A stretch of DNA of 64,000 nucleotides from Candidatus Latescibacterota bacterium. Lineage in GTDB: Bacteria > Latescibacterota > UBA2968 > UBA8231. The stretch's first letter is position 1. Each line of letters opens with the position of its first letter. Below are positions 29,018 to 40,247 of this stretch, in pieces. A model generated the notes under the pieces. It saw nothing but the letters and a program-made list of their open reading frames with translations, ran no database searches and was not told the origin of the DNA. Position numbers and translations under genes: made by a program. The stretch covers positions 32,001 through 96,000 of the forward strand of contig OZ241362.1 of NCBI GenBank assembly GCA_965200315.1, read 5' to 3'.

Positions 29018-30373
29018 TTACTCGTAGGCTTCGTGGCGGCGGCGGCGGTCGCTGATGCGGTCTTCGACCGTGTCCTTGGAGACCACTTCGTAGAGCACGG
29101 CTTCCTTGCCTTGGCGGCGGCGGAGGATGCGTCCGAGGCGCTGGACGTGCTCGCGGATGGTCCCCGAGCCGGAGAGGACTACCGCGACGTTGGCTTCGGG
29201 AATGTTGACGCCCTCGTTGAGCACTTTTGAGGCGACGAGGGCGAGGTACTCCCCTTTGTTGAAGGCCTCGAGGATGTCTTTGCGCTCGCGCGTGCGGGTG
29301 CGGTGGGTAATGGCCGGGACCAAGAAGGTGCGGGATATCTGATGGACGGTCTCGTTGTCGTTGGTAAAAATCAACACGCGGTCGCGCGGGTGGGCCTTGA
29401 GGATGTCTTCGAGGACGCGGAGCTTGGCGGTCGCGCCGAGGGCGATCTGGCGGTGGCGGCGGTAGGCGTGCATGGCCCGTCGGCCGCTGGTGCTTTTGGC
29501 CGAGAGCATGATGAAGTGCCGCCAGCCGTCTTTGGTGCCGAGGCGGATGTTCTTATCGGCGAGAAAGGCCCGGTACTCGTCGCGGGCGGTCTCGTATTGG
29601 GCGCGCTCCTCAGCGACCATATCCACTTGGCGGCGCTCGACGCGATACGCGGCTAAGTACTCGCCGGACAAGGCGCGGATGCCGCGCTCATAAGCTATAG
29701 GACCGACGAGGGTGTCGAGGAGCACGTGGCGACCATCGGCGCGTTCCGGCGTGGCCGTCAGACCTAGGCGGTAGGGCGCTAGGCACATTTCAGCGGCATG
29801 GCTGTACATTTCGCCGGGCAGATGATGGGCCTCGTCGAAGACGATGAGGCCGAAGCGGTTGCCGTAACGGTCCATCTGCATATAGGCGCTGTCGTAGGTG
29901 GCGACGGTCAGGTCGGCTAGCTCGTGGTAGCCGCCGCCGAGCAAGCCAACCTCGACGGCAAACGAGCGGGTGAGCAGGTCGTACCACTGGTTCATCAGGT
30001 CGATGGTCGGAGCGACGACGAGGGTACTGCGCTGGACTTCTACCATAGCCATGAGCGCGACCTGTGACTTGCCCGCGCCCGTGGGCAAGACGACCACGCC
30101 GCGGCAGCCGTGCTGTTGCCAAGCGGCGATGCTTTCGGCTTGGTGCGGGTGCGGTTCTGGTGCGGTTGGCGGTTGCAGGGCAAGGGTGTTGTAGCGCGGA
30201 GCTGTATTCTTGAACGCGGCTCCGTGCCGGTTGAGGTATTCGATGCTTTCGCGGTAGAAGTGGGCTTGAGCGCGCCAGTGATCGACACGTGCGTCCCAGA
30301 CAAAGGCCGGAGGCGCGTCTGGGCCGACGTAGTCGCGCAGGAGCAGGGTGCCTTCTTCAAAGGTCAGACGCAT
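29018..30373 (-). CDS. XPB/Rad25-like SF2 helicase
   Basis: LPTGAGKS, DEAHH, LTATPER, QRLGRILR; adjacent to DUF790. Confidence 0.9.
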   Translation of the reverse strand: MRLTFEEGTLLLRDYVGPDAPPAFVWDARVDHWRAQAHFYRESIEYLNRHGAAFKNTAPRYNTLALQPPTAPEPHPHQAESIAAWQQHGCRGVVVLPTGAGKSQVALMAMVEVQRSTLVVAPTIDLMNQWYDLLTRSFAVEVGLLGGGYHELADLTVATYDSAYMQMDRYGNRFGLIVFDEAHHLPGEMYSHAAEMCLAPYRLGLTATPERADGRHVLLDTLVGPIAYERGIRALSGEYLAAYRVERRQVDMVAEERAQYETARDEYRAFLADKNIRLGTKDGWRHFIMLSAKSTSGRRAMHAYRRHRQIALGATAKLRVLEDILKAHPRDRVLIFTNDNETVHQISRTFLVPAITHRTRTRERKDILEAFNKGEYLALVASKVLNEGVNIPEANVAVVLSGSGTIREHVQRLGRILRRRQGKEAVLYEVVSKDTVEDRISDRRRRHEAYE

Positions 30374-30458
30374 AGACGCAGATTGATTAGGGGGAAGAGA
30401 AATGATACATTGGGGCCAGAAAGCGGGCAAGGCATCATCAACCAAGGAGACATGCGAT

Positions 30459-31406
30459 ATGGACACAGCCCGAGTGGGTATGGCCCGCGCCGGTGCGCGG
30501 CAAGCTAATGTATATCAAGCACTAAATTTGGTGCGCGAGGACGTTGAGCCGAAACTGGCCGCCCAAGTGATGCTCAAGCCGAACTTCCTGTCCAGCGAAA
30601 ATCCCCTCGCCTCAACCCACGCCGACGCCATGCGCGGTGCCATCGATTTCCTACTGAGTACGCCGCAGCCGCCCGAGGAGATCGTCATTGCCGAAGGCGG
30701 CAACGAGAAGTATTCGGGCGAGGCGTTTGCCAACTTCGGCTATGGTGCATTGGTCGAAGAGTACCCGGTGCCGATTCGCTTGGTCGATCTCCATCAGGAG
30801 ACGCGGTGGGAAGAGACGGCGATTTACATGGCTGGCGGCGTCGAGGCGACTGTGCGGATGCCGAGCGTGGTCCTCGAATGCCCCTGTACCATTTCGGTGG
30901 CCGTGGCCAAAACTCACGACGTGTGCGTGGTTACGTTGGCGCAGAAGAACATGATCATGGGGACCCTGCACAAAGAGGATCGCATCAAGATGCACGGCTA
31001 TCCCTCGCATGCCGAGCGCGTGTTGCCCAGCGAAGCGCAGGTGCTCAACGTGAATTTGATCCGCTTGGCTGAGTATCTCCAGCCGGATATCGGGATCGTC
31101 GATGGCACGGTGGGTTTGCAGGGCAATGGCCCTGGGGGAACGGATGCGGTTCAGATGGGCGCGGCTGCCGCCTCAGCCGATGTGTTTGCCGTGGATGCGG
31201 TCATGGCCAAGGCCATGGGCTTTGAGCCGATGGAACTGGGCCTTTTGCACTACGCCGACACCTTGGGCTACGGCGTGGCCGACTTGGAGCGGATTACAGT
31301 GCGGGGCGCGTCCATTGCCGAGGTCGTCTGCGCCTTTAAGCCGCACGAGACGACCGCCCAGCAGATGCAGTGGCGGGAGGATGCAGTGGCGCAGTTTTTG
31401 CCGTAG
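30459..31406 (+). CDS. DUF362 domain protein
   Basis: LKPNF, STHAD, AKTHD..VTLAQKN, IVDG..G.GP motifs. Confidence 0.8.
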   Translation: MDTARVGMARAGARQANVYQALNLVREDVEPKLAAQVMLKPNFLSSENPLASTHADAMRGAIDFLLSTPQPPEEIVIAEGGNEKYSGEAFANFGYGALVEEYPVPIRLVDLHQETRWEETAIYMAGGVEATVRMPSVVLECPCTISVAVAKTHDVCVVTLAQKNMIMGTLHKEDRIKMHGYPSHAERVLPSEAQVLNVNLIRLAEYLQPDIGIVDGTVGLQGNGPGGTDAVQMGAAAASADVFAVDAVMAKAMGFEPMELGLLHYADTLGYGVADLERITVRGASIAEVVCAFKPHETTAQQMQWREDAVAQFLP

Positions 31407-31569
31407 GGGGTGTTGGAGTTACCTAAAGCTAATTGCGCTTGAGGCCCTTTTTACCGCGGCTGAGAAGGATTTCCTGCCAGAATTTCTCGCGGTCACTAAT
31501 TACCTTACTAGGTGTGTGTATCGAGCGTGCGCCCAGAGTAAGGCTCTCGCAGCATTTCCACGACTGCAA

Positions 31570-31704
31570 AAGTGGTTCATCGGTGGTCCGGGCCGGAATT
31601 TCGAGCAGCGCGGAGTCGCCCCACAACATCTGAGCTGCGACGAAATCAATGCCGTGTTTTGACTTATTGGCATGGCTTTTCTCCGGGTCGAACTCGAATT
31701 CCAT
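31570..31704 (-). pseudogene. 5' fragment of a BrnT-family toxin
   Basis: MEFEFDPEKSHANKSKHGIDF..RTTDEP, then unrelated sequence; no brnA downstream. Confidence 0.7.
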
Positions 31705-31874
31705 AGATAAATGATAAAATCATAGGTAATTCGTCTAAATGGTCCTATGCCTGATGGCCCAAATCGGCGTTTGTTATGGCAGTAGCAATGGCCGCTAAGC
31801 GCTCGTTGTGCCCTGTTGCTCTGCGGCCTAACTTAGCAAAAAACGAGACTTATCTTAGAAAGGACTCTTCTACC

Positions 31875-33299
31875 ATGACGCCTCCCAACATCCTCTGGAT
31901 TTGCACGGATCAGCAGCGCTACGACACGATTGGTGCGCTCGGTTATCCCCACGTCGATACGCCGCACATCGATCGGCTGGTCGCCGAGGGCGTGGCCTTT
32001 ACGCATGCCTATTGCCAAAGCCCGATCTGCACGCCGAGCCGTACGAGTTTTCTCACCGGCCAGTACGCCAGCGCCGTCCACATCAACGGCAATGGCCTCG
32101 ATAGTTTTCCCGACCACCCGCCGCTGGTCACGCGGATGTTGGCCGCGGCCGGCTACGACTGCGGGCTGATTGGCAAGCTGCACTTGGCTAGTGCCTATGG
32201 CCGCATTGAGCCGCGCGTCAATGATGGGTACCGCTACTGGGAGTACAGCCACGCGCCGCGTGACGACTGGCCGCAGGGGCACGGCTATGCCGATTGGGTG
32301 CGGGAAAAGGGGGAAGTCTTAGGCGAGCTGATGAAGCAATATCCCCACGGATTGCCCGCCGAGTTCCACCAGACGACGTGGTGCGGCGAGAGAACCATTG
32401 AGTTTATGAGCCAAAAGCGCGACGGCCCTTGGTTGGCGAGTGTCAATATCTACGACCCACACCCGCCGTTCAATCCGCCGCAGAGCTACCGAGACCGCTT
32501 TGACCCCGCGGCGATGCCCGGGCCGTTGTTTGCCGACAGCGACTTGGCGCAGCAGGAAAAGCTAGCGGCGATTGATTTCCAGTCCAAAGGACGGCGGCCC
32601 GACCAGCTCGATATCCGCGATCCCTTGCATCAAGATCGCCCGACGCCTGGGGCTGACGCGCGCGTGTTGCAGGCGGCTTATTGCGCGATGATCAAACAGA
32701 TTGACGATCAAGTGGGCGGGATGTTGGCCGCGCTCGCAGACACCGGCCAGCGCGACAATACAGTGGTGATTTTTACGTCCGACCACGGCGAAATGCTCGG
32801 CGACCACGGATTGATCCAAAAGGGGTGCCGCTTTTACGAGGGCTTGGTGCGGGTGCCGCTGATTTTTTCTTGGCCGGGGCACTTTGAGGAAGGTTTAGTG
32901 CGCGACGATCTGGTCGAGCTGACCGACAAAGCGCCGACGCTTTTAGAGCTAGCCGGGTTGGAGGTGCCGGAGCGGATGACCGGCCGCTCGCTTGTGCCGA
33001 TTCTGCGCGGCGAGAGCGAGCAACCGCACCGCGACTTCGTCCGCTGCGAGTACTACGATGCCTTGGACGCGCCCGATAACACCTTTGCCACCATGTACCG
33101 CGACGAGCGCTACAAGTTAGTGCTCTACCACGGGCACAACTTGGGCGAGCTATACGACTTGGAAGAGGATCCGGGTGAGTTTGAAAACATGTGGGACGAG
33201 CCGCAAGCGCAGCCGCTCAAGTTGGAGCTGATGCAAAAGAGCTTTGACGCTTCGATACTGGCGCTGGACCGGGGGCCGCGGCGCGTGGGGCCGATGTGA
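31875..33299 (+). CDS. Sulfatase (formylglycine type)
   Basis: PNILWICTDQQR, CTPSR, GKLH, FTSDHG. Confidence 0.93.
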   Translation: MTPPNILWICTDQQRYDTIGALGYPHVDTPHIDRLVAEGVAFTHAYCQSPICTPSRTSFLTGQYASAVHINGNGLDSFPDHPPLVTRMLAAAGYDCGLIGKLHLASAYGRIEPRVNDGYRYWEYSHAPRDDWPQGHGYADWVREKGEVLGELMKQYPHGLPAEFHQTTWCGERTIEFMSQKRDGPWLASVNIYDPHPPFNPPQSYRDRFDPAAMPGPLFADSDLAQQEKLAAIDFQSKGRRPDQLDIRDPLHQDRPTPGADARVLQAAYCAMIKQIDDQVGGMLAALADTGQRDNTVVIFTSDHGEMLGDHGLIQKGCRFYEGLVRVPLIFSWPGHFEEGLVRDDLVELTDKAPTLLELAGLEVPERMTGRSLVPILRGESEQPHRDFVRCEYYDALDAPDNTFATMYRDERYKLVLYHGHNLGELYDLEEDPGEFENMWDEPQAQPLKLELMQKSFDASILALDRGPRRVGPM

Positions 33300-34114
33300 T
33301 GGAGCGACAGCAGCGGGTGACAAAGCGGCCGATCTGGCGCTTCCGCGAGGCAGACAAAGCGGCCGAAGACGACCAAGTAACGGTCGAGGAGCCGCTGGAG
33401 ATCCGCGTGGAGGAGACGCCGCTTGCGGTAGTCATGCGCACCCCGCGCCACGACTTTGAGCTGGCGGCTGGCTTCTTGTGTACCGAGGGCCTGATCAAAT
33501 CGCCGCGGGAGTTGGGCGCAATCTCGTACTGCACGGCTGCGGAACCGCCCAACGAGGAGAATATCGTCGAAGTCAGGCTGGCCGCTGGTGTGGACTTTGA
33601 TCGGCAGCGGTTCCAGCGCAACTTCTACGCCTCGTCGAGTTGCGGGGTCTGCGGCAAGGCCAGCATCGAGGCCATCACCTGCGAGGCCCCGGCGCTGACG
33701 GAAAATTTTACCGTGCCGCTAGCCATGCTCTACGGCCTCGGCGACCGCATGCGCCAGGCACAGGATGTATTCGAGCAGACCGGCTCGCTGCACGCGGCGG
33801 CCCTGTTTGACCAAGCGGGCGATTTGCGCGTCCTGCGCGAAGACGTGGGCCGGCACAACGCGGTTGATAAGCTCATTGGCCACTACGCGCTGCGCAACGA
33901 GCCGGTGCCAGCCAAGAGCGTACTGATGGTCAGCGGGCGCACCAGCTTTGAGATTGTGCAGAAGGCGCGGATGGCGGGGATCGCGGTGGTCGCCGCCGTA
34001 TCGGCACCATCGAGCTTGGCGGTCGATCTGGCGCGGGAATCGGGCATGACGCTGTTGGGATTTTTGCGCGGGCGGGGATTCAATGTGTATTCGGGGGGAG
34101 AGCGGATCGGTTGA
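33296..34114 (+). CDS. fdhD: Formate dehydrogenase accessory sulfurtransferase
   Basis: EEPLEI, MRTP, SSCGVCG, EDVGRHNAVDK, SAPSSLA. Confidence 0.95.
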   Translation: MMERQQRVTKRPIWRFREADKAAEDDQVTVEEPLEIRVEETPLAVVMRTPRHDFELAAGFLCTEGLIKSPRELGAISYCTAAEPPNEENIVEVRLAAGVDFDRQRFQRNFYASSSCGVCGKASIEAITCEAPALTENFTVPLAMLYGLGDRMRQAQDVFEQTGSLHAAALFDQAGDLRVLREDVGRHNAVDKLIGHYALRNEPVPAKSVLMVSGRTSFEIVQKARMAGIAVVAAVSAPSSLAVDLARESGMTLLGFLRGRGFNVYSGGERIG

Positions 34115-34346
34115 CTTGCGGTGATGAAAATCCTTGAACCAAGTTCGCAGCCGGAATCCGCGTCCATCCGTCTAGTGCTCTACAAGCCCGGGATGCCGAT
34201 AGAACGCGATCGTTGTTGTTGATCTGCCGCTGGAAAGAAGGCTCAGTCGTGCCAGCGGTCCCAAGTGTGAGATCGTTATCCCGCCTTAGGACGAACGGGA
34301 AGAAGGTATAGCCATCCGACAATTTTTCCACCTAAAGGAGAGGACA

Positions 34347-35216
34347 ATGGCGAAGAAAAAGCAGGCTAAAAGACCGCAACTCAAACTCTGTGCTGCGGCG
34401 TGGACGTTGACCAATTATCCGTCCGAAGCCAAGCAGTGGTCGATGGACCGCAAAGTTCGTGCGGCTAAGGACGCTGGCTTTGACGGCTTCAGCGCCGGGG
34501 CCGATCCCGAGATCGCCGAGGCGTGCGCCAAGCACGGGCTACAGCTCGTCGGCGGAGTCGATATCGCCACGGTAGAAGAAGCCGCTGCGAAACTGGCGGC
34601 TTTTAAGGAAGCTGGTGCCGAGCACATCAACGTCCAGCTTTGCGACCACGATACCGAGATTCGCAAGGCAGTGACGGTGGCGCGGGCAGTGATGAAGGCG
34701 GGCAAAGCACTCGAGCTCAAACCAGCGATTGAATGGCACCGCGATACGTGTACTGAGACGCCGGAGAAAGGGCTGGCGCTGGCCGAGCAGTACGAGAAGC
34801 GCTACAAGGAAAAGCTGCGCACGAATTTCGACCACTCGCACCCGGCGATCATCAAACAGCTCCGGCCCACCAACTTCTGGGAGCGGATCGCCGAGTACCG
34901 TCCCGACCTGCTCAAGATGAGCGAGTTGATCCACTTCCGCACCTTTACCGGCAGCCACTGCCAGACGCCGGTAACCAATGGGCGCGGGGTGCTGGACGCG
35001 GATTTCATCACGTGGCGCGACCACTTCCTCAAGCACTTGCTCTACAACTGGGTCCAAGGACAGCGCGGTGCCACCGAGCTATGGGCTGTCGTCGAGTTGG
35101 GGCCGAAGGGGTCGGGCTATGCGCTCGATTGTTTTCCCGACGTGTGGAAGGACGCCATTGTAGCCCGCGGCGAAATCGAGAAGGCGTTCAAAGGGGCGCT
35201 GAGGAAGGCGAGCTAA
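34347..35216 (+). CDS. Sugar phosphate isomerase/epimerase-like TIM-barrel protein
   Basis: AGFDG, EWHRDT, FDHSH, ELGP; strong RBS aaggagagg. Confidence 0.7.
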   Translation: MAKKKQAKRPQLKLCAAAWTLTNYPSEAKQWSMDRKVRAAKDAGFDGFSAGADPEIAEACAKHGLQLVGGVDIATVEEAAAKLAAFKEAGAEHINVQLCDHDTEIRKAVTVARAVMKAGKALELKPAIEWHRDTCTETPEKGLALAEQYEKRYKEKLRTNFDHSHPAIIKQLRPTNFWERIAEYRPDLLKMSELIHFRTFTGSHCQTPVTNGRGVLDADFITWRDHFLKHLLYNWVQGQRGATELWAVVELGPKGSGYALDCFPDVWKDAIVARGEIEKAFKGALRKAS

Positions 35217-35461
35217 ATCCGGTTTGGTGCATCAACTCCGCGACAATCTTCCCACTCGCTCCGCAAGATGCAACGCGAACGGACGGAGAATTAGGCGTTC
35301 AGTGCAAGTGGTGTTGGATCAGAAGTTCAGAGGACGATTGACGTGTCTTCGGGCATCTTCCCCGGGTACAAGATGGCGAACCGTTTAGGACGCAATACGA
35401 CCTCTTGACGATCCTTGCTGTGCCAGCGGACCTGGCCGCGTTGCACTTCCCACTCCGCTGT

Positions 35462-36307
35462 TCAGACGACTCCCCACTGCACTCGTCCCAACTCGTGCGA
35501 GCGCTCCCGGTCGTAGGCTGGATCGATGGCGAATGCGCGATCTAGCCACAAGACCTCCCGCTGCTGGGGACTCAGCGAATTGAGCAGTTCAGGCGTCAGG
35601 TAGTCGCCCCACGTGAAGCGATGGTTGTCGATCGCGTGGGGATGGAACAGCCAATGGCTCAGATACCGGCAGGCACTGGTGCGGTTGAGCCACGTGCAGT
35701 GAAACAGCTTGGCATGGCGGACGATTAGCTGGTGGGGTTCGACCTCCAAGGAAATTTCATTGTTGAGTGCGACGTCTTCCCAGCCGTCCTCGGCCTGCGA
35801 ACCGACAATTCCCCGTTCCGCCCTGAGCCGGGCGGCTGTCTCCTCAAGAGAAGTGGGTGGCCCAAGGTGACTGCCTGGGACAATGCGCAGACACCCGTTT
35901 GTGCGCGAAGCCCCGGAGAAGTAGTGCATAAACTCCGCCCATCCCGGCCCCCCGTCGATGTGCCACCCGACTGATCGGTTCGGAGCCTGCTCGTTGATGC
36001 CGCCGTTGCGCAGATAGATGTCGTTGTCCTCGTTCAGTTGGCGGGCGAGTTCGATGATTTCGGGGTGCAGGATGGTCTGCATGAACGGCAGGGAGTGATC
36101 GAGGGCGCACCAGTATGAGTCTTCTAATTGCGGCCGCAGATAGAAGTGATTCCGCTTGCTGCCGTCGGCCGGCCCTTCCGTTGGAGCTTGGGAAGCCTTT
36201 TCGACCGCGGCCATACACGCCTCGGTGAGACTTTCGGGGAACGGACAGGCGACGATGACGTAGCCTTCAGTGCGGTACTGCTCCAATTGTTCCTCGCTGA
36301 ATTTCAT
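35462..36307 (-). CDS. Phytanoyl-CoA dioxygenase (PhyH) family protein
   Basis: EQYRTEGY, WHID, NGCLRIVPGSH, distal His in LFHC. Confidence 0.85.
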   Translation of the reverse strand: MKFSEEQLEQYRTEGYVIVACPFPESLTEACMAAVEKASQAPTEGPADGSKRNHFYLRPQLEDSYWCALDHSLPFMQTILHPEIIELARQLNEDNDIYLRNGGINEQAPNRSVGWHIDGGPGWAEFMHYFSGASRTNGCLRIVPGSHLGPPTSLEETAARLRAERGIVGSQAEDGWEDVALNNEISLEVEPHQLIVRHAKLFHCTWLNRTSACRYLSHWLFHPHAIDNHRFTWGDYLTPELLNSLSPQQREVLWLDRAFAIDPAYDRERSHELGRVQWGVV

Positions 36308-36332
36308 GCTGACTTCCTCGTGCGGTGTGGCG

Positions 36333-36561
36333 TCAATGCCCTCGCTGCACAACGTCCATGGTTAGCTCCTCGGGCAGCCCGCCGATGACCGACAATTTCA
36401 AGCCCGCCTCCGCGCTTCTTTCTCGCAGGCGCGTGAGCTCCTCGACTGTGTAGTAACCTTGGTCCGTCGGCAGGGTGTTGCCGCCGACCACGTCGGTTTG
36501 CACTCACCTGTAGGGCCAGTTCGAGATCCTCGTCCGTCACGCCGGAAATTGCCAGTCTCAA
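36333..36561 (-). pseudogene. Frameshifted 5' remnant resembling mannonate dehydratase
   Basis: GAGGAG RBS then TTG; MRLAISGVTDEDLELALQV, frameshift, TDVVGG..YYTVEELTRLRER..AGLKLSVI, then stop. Confidence 0.4.
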
Positions 36562-36593
36562 CGGTTGCTCCTCTGCGATTGCTGAGTCGATCC

Positions 36594-37400
36594 CTACTGC
36601 AACCTGCGGTTGAGTGGAGTCCGCAAGGAGTGGGTCTCGATATCCCAGTCGCCGTCGAATATGGTCGCAGCGTCCCCGGCGGCGGCTCCCGCGTCGGAGG
36701 CGAGATCGATGAGCTTGGCGGCTGAATGCTCGGGCGGCGACAGGCTGGGGCGCGATGCTCGCTCTGCTTCGTCGGCCGAGCGTCCTGCTTTCTCGGCCAT
36801 CTCGCGGATGGCACCGAGCTTCATATTCGTGGCCATCTCGCCCGGAGATACGGCGTGGATGCGGATGTTCAGGGGACGGAGCTGTTCGCGGGCCACTAGG
36901 ACCAGCCCGCGGACGCCCCCTTTACTCGATCCGTACGGCAGGGAGGAACTGCCGCCCAACACGCCGGCACCGGATATGACGAGCAAAACCACGCCTCCAC
37001 CCGCCTTCTGTAGCAGAGGAACGGCGTACTTCAACAGCAGGAAGCTGCCGGTGAGGTTGACGTTGATGGCGCGCCGCCAGGATTCTTCGGAATACTCGTC
37101 GATGCGCGTTCCTGCATCGGCGAGGATGGCCGCTGGATTGATCAGGATGTCGAGGTGGCCGAAGTGCTCGCCGACGGTGTCCATCAAGCGGCGCACGTCT
37201 GCGGACCGGCTTAAATCGGTATGCACGAAGTGAGCCGTGCCGCCTTCGTCGGAGATCAACTGGGCCGTCGCTTTGCCGCCAGCCTCGTCGATGTCGGCGA
37301 GGATGAGCCTCGCCCCCTCGCACGCCGCGCCGATGGCCGTGGCGCGGCCGAGGCCGGTCGCGGCGCCGGTGACGACCGCTACCTTGTTTGAGAGTTTCAT
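36594..37400 (-). CDS. Short-chain dehydrogenase/reductase
   Basis: TGAATGLG, DILINPA, YGSSK. Confidence 0.9.
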   Translation of the reverse strand: MKLSNKVAVVTGAATGLGRATAIGAACEGARLILADIDEAGGKATAQLISDEGGTAHFVHTDLSRSADVRRLMDTVGEHFGHLDILINPAAILADAGTRIDEYSEESWRRAINVNLTGSFLLLKYAVPLLQKAGGGVVLLVISGAGVLGGSSSLPYGSSKGGVRGLVLVAREQLRPLNIRIHAVSPGEMATNMKLGAIREMAEKAGRSADEAERASRPSLSPPEHSAAKLIDLASDAGAAAGDAATIFDGDWDIETHSLRTPLNRRLQ

Positions 37401-37420
37401 ACTTGATCCCGAGCGATCGG

Positions 37421-39046
<1,626 letters not shown>

Positions 39047-39054
39047 TGAAATCC

Positions 39055-39594
39055 TTAGTTAGGGGCTATAATAAGGCGCTTGACTTGCCCCCAACTTTTG
39101 CTTTCGACGGCTGTTGGCGGCGGCGAGGGTAGGTCAAAGTAACTTAGCGGCGAGCGATAGCGCGCGCCGTCGCGTTCGACGGTGGCGGAGATAGCCCAGT
39201 CGGTTAGTACTGAATCAAGGGGGGAGATAATGACGGTGCCCTTCTCGGGATTTGATATCGCGTCAGCTTGCACCTGCCCCCAAGGAACAAATGCGCTAGC
39301 CGACTCTTCGAGCATCACTAAGTTGCCGTTTTCGTCTAGTCCGCTAAGGACCGGGATTTCTCGCCAAATCCGATAGTATGTGGTATTCGGCACGAGGCTA
39401 AACTCGAATTGCAAGTCAGTCACCTTACCCTCGTCGTTCAGATAGAATCGCACGCCGAGGATTTCGGGTGAAACAATCGCGGCGTCTTCTGTCTCGACGG
39501 GGCCTTCCCAAGGAGGAGTGAGCGGGGTGGCAGTGTCGGTCCAAGCTGTAGAAGCGGCGAGGACCGAGAGGATAATAGGAGCGAGTGCAAACAT
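39055..39594 (-). CDS. Secreted hypothetical protein with C-terminal TAVExxSWGxVK motif
   Basis: Signal-peptide-like N-terminus; ends [17 protein letters not shown]; AAGGAGG RBS. Confidence 0.65.
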   Translation of the reverse strand: MFALAPIILSVLAASTAWTDTATPLTPPWEGPVETEDAAIVSPEILGVRFYLNDEGKVTDLQFEFSLVPNTTYYRIWREIPVLSGLDENGNLVMLEESASAFVPWGQVQADAISNPEKGTVIISPLDSVLTDWAISATVERDGARYRSPLSYFDLPSPPPTAVESKSWGQVKRLIIAPN

Positions 39595-39939
39595 TGCGAG
39601 CCTCCTTGAGGAAGTGGGCCCAAAACTCCGGCTTCAGTTCCTTGTAAGAAGAAAAAGCGCCGGATCAAGCGTCTATCGCCCGATGAAAAACGCTCCATGC
39701 GAAGGCACTTGAACGACCCTTGATGCGGCCCGACGCTAGTTTTGGGACCGCTTCGTAAAGCTCCGTGGTGGTGTGGTTCGCATAAAATATATCACAAAAG
39801 TGAAGTTGGGAAAGCAGTTGTTATCTGTGGCTTCTAGGTCGTCGAGGATGCGGTGGAGTTGCGCGAAGGGTCGGGACGCAAAAAGGTGCGTTTGGCAATC
39901 CCACACTTCGCGGGGGTTTGTACCACCCTCAATAATAGA

Positions 39940-40163
39940 GTCGCAAAAAAAGCCCTTGTAGCTGAGGCCGTGATCGCCGAGGGCATCGCCGTGGTCGGAG
40001 GTAAATATGATGAGGGTGTCGTCGAGGGTACCAGCCGCCTCCAAGGCTTGGAGCATGCGGCCAAGCGGTCGAGGGCGGGCGTCTGCATGAAGTCAAGGCC
40101 GTAGCACGGGAGGCTGTCCCAACGCTGTTGGTCCGTGGTGATGAATAGTAAATTTCTGGCCAT
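39940..40163 (-). pseudogene. Internally deleted sulfatase remnant
   Basis: N-terminal RNLLFITTDQQRWD..TPALDRLA is joined out of frame to DTLIIFTSDHGDALGDHG; CxPSR core missing. Confidence 0.8.
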
Positions 40164-40247
40164 AGCAGCTCCCTTTGACTGCTTGAGCAGCGTGAGAAAA
40201 AGGCTATGACGAGGATAATAGATTCGGCTAAATCGAGCGTCAAGTAG

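Noticed and set aside
31505-31570. hsdM-like snippet (VVEMLREPYSGRTLD) after the BrnT fragment
   Set aside because: Too short and divergent to distinguish from chance
39617-39749. 12-bp imperfect inverted repeat (gggcccaaaact / agttttgggacc) as MITE ends
   Set aside because: No target-site duplication or second copy visible; insufficient evidence
39860-39900. c-di-GMP-I riboswitch (GGGACGCAAA)
   Set aside because: The upstream GGCAAA..GAAA stem is missing, so the match is only a short core
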